A DNA stretch of 64,000 bases from Bacteroidales bacterium. GTDB taxonomy: Bacteria > Bacteroidota > Bacteroidia > Bacteroidales > UBA10428. Positions 58,714 through 64,000 of the stretch are shown piece by piece (the first letter of the stretch is position 1; each line of letters opens with the position of its first letter). Location: NCBI GenBank assembly GCA_050287785.1, contig JBNKCO010000083.1:198968-262967 (forward strand), read 5' to 3'. A program made the translations under genes and the position numbers. The notes beneath the pieces are model-generated. The model was given only the letters and a program-made list of their open reading frames with translations. It ran no database searches and had not been told where the DNA came from.

Positions 58714-58818
58714 GGGTTGAAAGAAAATTAGATAGCTACAAGGGTATTAATAATACCTGTTTGATGATTTTCTTTGTTAAGATTAAACCCCGATAAGGAT
58801 TTAATTTGAATAACCATG
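58714..58818 (+). repeat. Right copy of the inverted repeat pair bracketing the signalling island
   Basis: Reverse-complement match to 47252-47338. Contains the perfect 15-bp palindrome GGTATTAATAATACC (58743-58757). Ends at the ATG (58816) of a 60-codon ORF. Confidence 0.6.
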
Positions 58819-59029
58819 GTGAAACATATGGATAAACACATCCACAAACTCAACAAAGAGAATCCTGACAATATAAACTCTTATGATTCTGATGACTGTG
58901 CTGGAATGATACTTAAATCACATAAAATAATACTCAACGGCCCACATAATGAGCAAAATAATAGTATTACATTATCTTCTTCGTATAACCTCTTTTAGAG
59001 TTGTTAATTAGAGTAATTTTTTATTATTT

Positions 59030-59190
59030 AGTGTCTACAAGAAAACTTAATAATTTCCGTCATTGCCAGGAACGAAGCAACCGAAGCTTGCGAGCTCATC
59101 GAAGATAATCTGTTTGCATTGGTAGTCAGTAGCTTGAGATTGCCACGCTTCGCTCACAATGACGCTCAGAGTAGTTTTCTTGCAGACACT
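59030..59190 (-). repeat. 161-nt palindromic MITE-like element, copy 2 (inverted relative to copy 1)
   Basis: Terminal inverted repeats AGTGTCTACAAGAAAACT (59030-59047) and AGTTTTCTTGCAGACACT (59173-59190) match at 17 of 18 positions. Internal arms CGTCATTGCC...GAACGAAGC and GCTTCGCTCACAATGACG can form a long hairpin. Ends 43 nt upstream of the MFS ATG. Confidence 0.65.
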
Positions 59191-59232
59191 ATTTAGAATT
59201 TACTTTTTGTAAAATATCAAACTCCGATTAAT

Positions 59233-60507
59233 ATGCTCAATTCTCAAAAATATCCTCGATATAGATTTGTTGTTTTATTTGCGTTTATGTTTCTTACAAT
59301 TGCCATTGAAATTCAATGGTTAGCTCATGCAGCAGTTGCCCGACCAGCAGCAGTATTTTATGCCGGCCAATTCAATGTAAACTCTTTTTTTAATATTGAT
59401 TTTCTGGCTATAGTCTATATGCTTGTATTCCTGATAATGAGCTTTCCGGCATCTTATATTATCGACACATATGGAATTAAAATCGGCTTGCGCCTGGGAG
59501 CAATACTATTGGGATTATTCAGCCTTTTAAAAGCAGCTTTCGCAACAAATTTCATAATTATTGTAATTGCTCAAACAGGGCTTGCAGTAGCTCAACCTTT
59601 TATTCTGAATGCAGTAACTGCACTTACTGTGCGTTGGTTTCCTTTGAATGAGAGAGCAATGGCTGCTGGATTCTCAGCCTTGGCTCAATACATAGGTATT
59701 GTAATAGCCATGTTAGTTACTCCTTTATTGATTAGTTCAGATCCTTTATTACCTGATTACGGATCAGGATTTGAGAAAATGCTTTGGGTTTATGCTTTCA
59801 TTAGCATAGGATCCGCAAGCTTACTCTTTATTCTTATTAGAGAAACCCCGAATGGAATGGAATATAATAAACAAGAAAGAGCAACGTTTGGAGATGGCTT
59901 AAAAATTATATTAGGTAACCGTGACATGAAGATTACCATTTTTTTATTTCTAATAGGCCTTGGCATATTTAATGCCATTAGCTCTATGACCGATTCAATT
60001 TCAGCAAATATGGGCGTAAAAGACTCAGATGGCTTAATCGGTGGCCTCATGTTAATTGGTGGTATTCTGGGAGCCATTATTCTCCCACTTCTATCTGATT
60101 TTTTTAAAAGAAGGAAGCTATTTCTGATTATTTGCCTGGCAGGCATGGTGCCAGGTGTTATGGGATTGGCTTTTGCTCCGGAATTAGGACATCAATCAAA
60201 CCAGATTTATTCCATAGCCTTAATATCATCTTTCGTACTCGGATTTTTTGTAATGAGTGCAGGTCCTATTGGATTTCAATATGCTGCTGAAATCAGTTAC
60301 CCTGCACCAGAATCAGCATCGCAGGGCATGTTGCTTTGGATAGGTCAACTAACTGGAATGTTGTTTGTTATAGGAATGAGTTTACAAAACAATCTTTATC
60401 TACATAAGTTTATGCTGGCATTTTCAGTATTAAGTATTGTGTCTTTTATTGTAGTCCTGTTTCTGCGCGAAAGTCCCTTTATGCAAACTACTGTATCTGA
60501 TAAGTAG
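59233..60507 (+). CDS. MFS transporter (MFS_1 type, unknown substrate)
   Basis: 424 aa with about 12 hydrophobic segments in two halves around a central loop (RETPNGMEYNKQERATFGDG). No sugar-porter signature. Confidence 0.7.
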   Translation: MLNSQKYPRYRFVVLFAFMFLTIAIEIQWLAHAAVARPAAVFYAGQFNVNSFFNIDFLAIVYMLVFLIMSFPASYIIDTYGIKIGLRLGAILLGLFSLLKAAFATNFIIIVIAQTGLAVAQPFILNAVTALTVRWFPLNERAMAAGFSALAQYIGIVIAMLVTPLLISSDPLLPDYGSGFEKMLWVYAFISIGSASLLFILIRETPNGMEYNKQERATFGDGLKIILGNRDMKITIFLFLIGLGIFNAISSMTDSISANMGVKDSDGLIGGLMLIGGILGAIILPLLSDFFKRRKLFLIICLAGMVPGVMGLAFAPELGHQSNQIYSIALISSFVLGFFVMSAGPIGFQYAAEISYPAPESASQGMLLWIGQLTGMLFVIGMSLQNNLYLHKFMLAFSVLSIVSFIVVLFLRESPFMQTTVSDK

Positions 60508-60729
60508 TGTGATTTTTTTGTCTGATTAATTAAGGGAAGGGGGTTGATATTCTTAAAACATCAGCCAGCTTAATTTAGGTAAGCTAGAAATAAGTCAATG
60601 AATATCAACAGAAATCGGATCAATTAGCTGTTAAGATTAATTCTATTCTATTCTACTCAACAGACCCAACATGAATAGCGAACCATCAGGTTCAGACACG
60701 TGAGTTGACAGAAAGGCTCTACTTAGTTT

Positions 60730-62082
60730 CTAGAATGTATAACCAAAACCTACATATACAGCATTATTTCCGGCCCCACTATTTATTGAATGCGCCCAGT
60801 CTAGTCCAACTACTGTATTTTCATTCATAACAATTTTGCCGCCTATTCCATATGATGAGTACCATTTCTTATTTGTTGGACCAAAATAGGTGTCAATTTC
60901 GTTCTGGTCTAAATGCGATAAGTCCATTTCAATTGTGTCAATCAGGTAACCTGTATGAAATAATGGCACAGCAGCCAAATACCAGTTTTGCTTAATAAAC
61001 TTAAAACGTACAAGCTTGGCTCTTATCTCAAAATTGCCCATAGCAAATTGTTTAGCAACTATTCTGTTTTGATGTATTCCCCAAAGAGTTCCGGTTCCTC
61101 CAAAGCCTTCGGTTCCGTCTGCCAATACCTGACGACTGTAAAATGGTAATTCTCCAAAACACGCATCGTAGCGTAAACGATAAGCAAAGGAGACATTCTG
61201 TTCTACCAGTGTAATGTAGTGCCTATGTGAAACAGCAAGCTGAACCGCTGTTTTGTAATTACCTAAAAAAGCTGGAGTATAACGTAAAGTAAGATCTGTC
61301 CAAATTCCATGCATAGGATTAGTAAGCCGGTCGCGTGTATCAAAAACCATCGCAGTTCTGAGCGAGTTTGCCCAACCACCCTCTTTCTCTTCTTCACTAA
61401 TAAATCCCCAATCGACATAATGGTCGTACAAAGTAGCTGTATCAATTAAAAGATCTTCATCAGAAACGCCTTTGTTCATTTTTTCAAAATCAACTCTGGA
61501 GGTTGAGTAATACCCCAGATCAAATCCTACCTGCCAGTTGAAAAAGGTTCCCGGAATTGTGTCCTGGATATAAACTGCTAATCTTGATAATTTTTGCTCG
61601 TAGTTATAAAATGGTGCTGTAATATAATCTGACTTAGATTTATCCTGGTAATCGGCATCATACAACGATTGATAACCATTGTACCCATAAAAAGGATATA
61701 GCGTTGATTTGGTGCGAGATACTTTTGCTGATAATAGAAAATTTCCGTAGTTGATGTAATCCAGTGCGAAGTTTGTTTTTCCTTTGGTTCCAATTGCTGC
61801 TGCAATGGTCAATGAGCGGTAGAAATTAGGATATAGTTTCCCATCGCCATAATCAAAAATAGTTGAATAGACACCCAGGTATAATCCAATAAAGGGATCT
61901 ATCATAAATTCGGGAAGTGGAGCCAGGCTGTAGCCTGTTTTAGCAATGTAATCATCGGATGAAAAAAGAGTAGAATCGGGTTTGTTGGTTATTATTGCGG
62001 TTGTATCAGTCTGTCCACTTACCGCAACTGACATCATTATCGATAGTAATATGCCAGCAAATTGTTTATGTGTGATATCCAT
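60730..62082 (-). CDS. Outer-membrane beta-barrel protein, Omp85/bacterial-surface-antigen-like
   Basis: Signal peptide. Alternating aromatic/Gly beta-strand pattern throughout. C-terminal ...AVYVGFGYTF (terminal Phe, an OMP signature). Lies 6 nt downstream of the GH5 gene. Confidence 0.5.
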   Translation of the reverse strand: MDITHKQFAGILLSIMMSVAVSGQTDTTAIITNKPDSTLFSSDDYIAKTGYSLAPLPEFMIDPFIGLYLGVYSTIFDYGDGKLYPNFYRSLTIAAAIGTKGKTNFALDYINYGNFLLSAKVSRTKSTLYPFYGYNGYQSLYDADYQDKSKSDYITAPFYNYEQKLSRLAVYIQDTIPGTFFNWQVGFDLGYYSTSRVDFEKMNKGVSDEDLLIDTATLYDHYVDWGFISEEEKEGGWANSLRTAMVFDTRDRLTNPMHGIWTDLTLRYTPAFLGNYKTAVQLAVSHRHYITLVEQNVSFAYRLRYDACFGELPFYSRQVLADGTEGFGGTGTLWGIHQNRIVAKQFAMGNFEIRAKLVRFKFIKQNWYLAAVPLFHTGYLIDTIEMDLSHLDQNEIDTYFGPTNKKWYSSYGIGGKIVMNENTVVGLDWAHSINSGAGNNAVYVGFGYTF

Positions 62083-62088
62083 TCTTTT

Positions 62089-63987
62089 CTATTTTGGTGT
62101 GATAACAATCTGGTGTGAGCCAGTTTTCTCAGGGTAATACATTAGTATTCTTTCTTCTTTATTAAAAGTTAGTTTTCCTGCGTCGGAATAAACTATAAAA
62201 TTGTTACCATATACAAATTCAGGAATAAAAATTTCAGTAGGAAGAGTACCCACCTCATCCACATTAAATCCAAGTTGTAATTTTTTGCTTTTGTAATCGT
62301 AATTGAATTCGGTTAGTTTACCCGTTATTTTTTTCGGGAAGGGACGAATTACGGCCTCCAGTGCTCTTCCTCCAGAGTTTATATCAGATGACGAATTTCG
62401 TTGCGAAACACTAAAAACCGACAGATCCTCATTATTCCACAAATCACCATACTGATTAGTATTGTCGGCAGTATAATTCCAAAGGGTATAATTCAAAAGG
62501 TTAGATTCTACAACCCGAAAACTCCGATCCAGTGCTTTAACCTGTTTCGAAAAGTTGTTGGTTTTGTATGCTTTGGCCTTGTTCATATCGAAAGGAATTC
62601 CAAATTCTCCTAATAACGAAGGAACATTCCCATATTGCTGGTAGGTTTCCTCAATCATTTCAGCAAGAGTGCTTTCAAAAGCTTTCCGTACGTTCTTTCT
62701 TCCAAAAACAACTTCATCGCCTTTTAGTCCCAAAATAGGAAGATATTTTTTCTTTATCAGAGTAACATCGTCGTACCAATGCGAACCATTAATCCATTTT
62801 ATGTCCTTATATTTTTTTAATTCAGGTAGACTATGCGGATAAGGAAAAAGTACATTATCAACACATATTATCCAGTCCGGATTAATAGCAAGAATTGCCT
62901 GCGCATATTTTTTTGCAAAAGGTTCGTAATACATGGTATTGAAATCAACATGTTTGCCATTTACCATTGAAAAGTAAGAGGCATTAAGCAATTGAGGTGC
63001 CCCTTCTTTGCTTTTCCCCCAAACTCCATGTTGTTGCCAGATTCCGGGTTGATTGTCTTGCCAAACCGAGACTTTTTGTGTATTCAATATTGGCTCTCCA
63101 TTCTTTTTTAGAGCTACTGCACCCAAACGGTATTTTTGCACAGATTGAGGAATTCCAGCTCCTAATAGCATGCCTTGATAAGCAGTTGGAGAATCACCAA
63201 TAATATCTGTATGGAAGGGTTGTTCGATGTTGTCGATGCCAATAAATCCGGCAGAAGGTTCATTCATTAATTCAAAACCAATAACATTAGGAAGATCCTT
63301 AAGAGTCTGGGCTATCTGCGCCATGGCATCAATATAATGTTCCTGCAGGTATTCCTGAATTGGCACACCATTTACCTGGGTTTTAGGGGCGAAATCGTTT
63401 CCGGCAAAAAAGAGAGTGAACATAGTACCAGCTCCAAGTTTAAAGTAGTTGGTATACCATATCATTTGAGGAAAAGGATCGCCGTAAACATTATGAACAA
63501 AAGCCGCTCCTGCTTCCTGGAATTTGGTAGCATCCATTCCGGCTACTTCAAAAGTCCACAGAGGAGCACCGTCGCCTCCAGTATATCTGCTCCACACATC
63601 CTGATGGGGATCTATTAAAACATTTATTCCATACTCGTCTGCTTTAATAATAATTGCTTTAATATATTCGAGGTAGGCAGTATCATATATTCCAGGTCCT
63701 TCATGCTCAATTGCTTCCCAGGTAACCAGAAAACGAAGAAAATGAAATCCCCAGGCTTTCAGGCGCTGAAAATGTATATCGGCATCTTTCAACGGAAACG
63801 GACGTCCTACAAAGGATAACTCGGTACCATTAAAAAACCCCTCATTTACATGGCTTGCTATATTAGGTGTAAACGGCACTTTTGTGCTACCTCCCAGGTT
63901 AATTCCCCGTAGGAACATACTACGACCAGTAGCATCTACAAACACACCGTTTACCAGAGTAATATTATGGTTTTCGGTACTTACCAC
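62089..63987 (-). CDS. GH5 glycoside hydrolase of the endoglycoceramidase-related (GH5_12-like) type; the N-terminus may extend beyond the window
   Basis: FVDATGRSMFLRGINLGGSTKVP opening as in EGCase-related proteins. FLRFLVTWEAIEHEGPG. ELMNEPS (acid/base Glu). GEFGIPF (candidate nucleophile Glu). The frame stays open upstream of the GTG at 63987 to the window edge. Confidence 0.6.
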   Translation of the reverse strand: MVSTENHNITLVNGVFVDATGRSMFLRGINLGGSTKVPFTPNIASHVNEGFFNGTELSFVGRPFPLKDADIHFQRLKAWGFHFLRFLVTWEAIEHEGPGIYDTAYLEYIKAIIIKADEYGINVLIDPHQDVWSRYTGGDGAPLWTFEVAGMDATKFQEAGAAFVHNVYGDPFPQMIWYTNYFKLGAGTMFTLFFAGNDFAPKTQVNGVPIQEYLQEHYIDAMAQIAQTLKDLPNVIGFELMNEPSAGFIGIDNIEQPFHTDIIGDSPTAYQGMLLGAGIPQSVQKYRLGAVALKKNGEPILNTQKVSVWQDNQPGIWQQHGVWGKSKEGAPQLLNASYFSMVNGKHVDFNTMYYEPFAKKYAQAILAINPDWIICVDNVLFPYPHSLPELKKYKDIKWINGSHWYDDVTLIKKKYLPILGLKGDEVVFGRKNVRKAFESTLAEMIEETYQQYGNVPSLLGEFGIPFDMNKAKAYKTNNFSKQVKALDRSFRVVESNLLNYTLWNYTADNTNQYGDLWNNEDLSVFSVSQRNSSSDINSGGRALEAVIRPFPKKITGKLTEFNYDYKSKKLQLGFNVDEVGTLPTEIFIPEFVYGNNFIVYSDAGKLTFNKEERILMYYPEKTGSHQIVITPK

Positions 63988-64000
63988 AGGTATAAAGCCT

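Noticed and set aside
47252-58818. Interpreting the repeat-bounded signalling island as a composite transposon or integrative element.
   Set aside because: I saw no transposase, integrase, recombinase or tRNA attachment site in the window, and no target-site duplication. Only the inverted repeat itself is reported.
58816-58998. 60-aa ORF (MVKHMDKHIHKLNKENPDN...) starting at the conserved ATG of the right inverted repeat.
   Set aside because: No recognisable family, Asn/Ser/His-rich composition, and the corresponding frame in the left repeat copy stops after 9 codons. It is kept only as a note within the repeat finding.
1-64000. Scan for CRISPR arrays, tRNA or rRNA genes, riboswitches, and known defence or toxin-antitoxin modules.
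   Set aside because: I saw no regularly spaced direct repeats, no tRNA T-arm/acceptor signatures in intergenic regions, no rRNA-like stretches, and no recognisable defence-gene motifs. The scan was by eye only, so small features could have been missed.

Overview
AT-rich chromosomal segment from a Bacteroidota genome, judged from the SusC/SusD pair, many lipoprotein glycoside hydrolases and T9SS C-terminal sorting domains. All family calls come from reading motifs by eye, with no database search. Left 37 kb: a very large beta-1,3/1,6-glucan (laminarin-type) polysaccharide utilisation locus (PUL). It holds SusC/SusD, a PKD surface lipoprotein, two GH16, GH17, GH3, two GH30, a T9SS-secreted multimodular GH81 and a GH158-like clan GH-A enzyme. 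It also holds a signal-peptide-less 1152-aa GH94/GH149-like putative beta-1,3-glucan phosphorylase, three MFS importers and two paralogous membrane-tethered propeller/Y_Y_Y LuxR-HTH regulators. A yebC housekeeping gene is embedded in it. Middle (37-47 kb): miscellaneous accessory genes. These are DUF418, a YfbK-like vWA lipoprotein, two unknown envelope proteins, a T9SS beta-helix protein, a decapitated ABC-ATPase remnant next to a possible small structured RNA, and a secreted inhibitory-type serpin. Right (47.6-58.6 kb): an 11-kb signalling island with a PAS-only protein, a 4-helix-bundle histidine kinase, a CheY-like receiver, a REC-PAS-HK-REC hybrid and a 1399-aa multi-PAS/PocR kinase. It is followed by an MFS transporter and an Omp85-like barrel plus an endoglycoceramidase-related GH5. 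Signals not explained by genes: (i) helically phased TGATGTA direct repeats shared by two PUL promoters, a candidate operator; (ii) a roughly 85-105 nt inverted repeat pair bracketing the signalling island; (iii) two copies of a 161-nt palindromic MITE-like element; (iv) a roughly 130-aa periplasmic insertion in a GPH transporter. No rRNA, tRNA, CRISPR array, transposase or integrase was seen.
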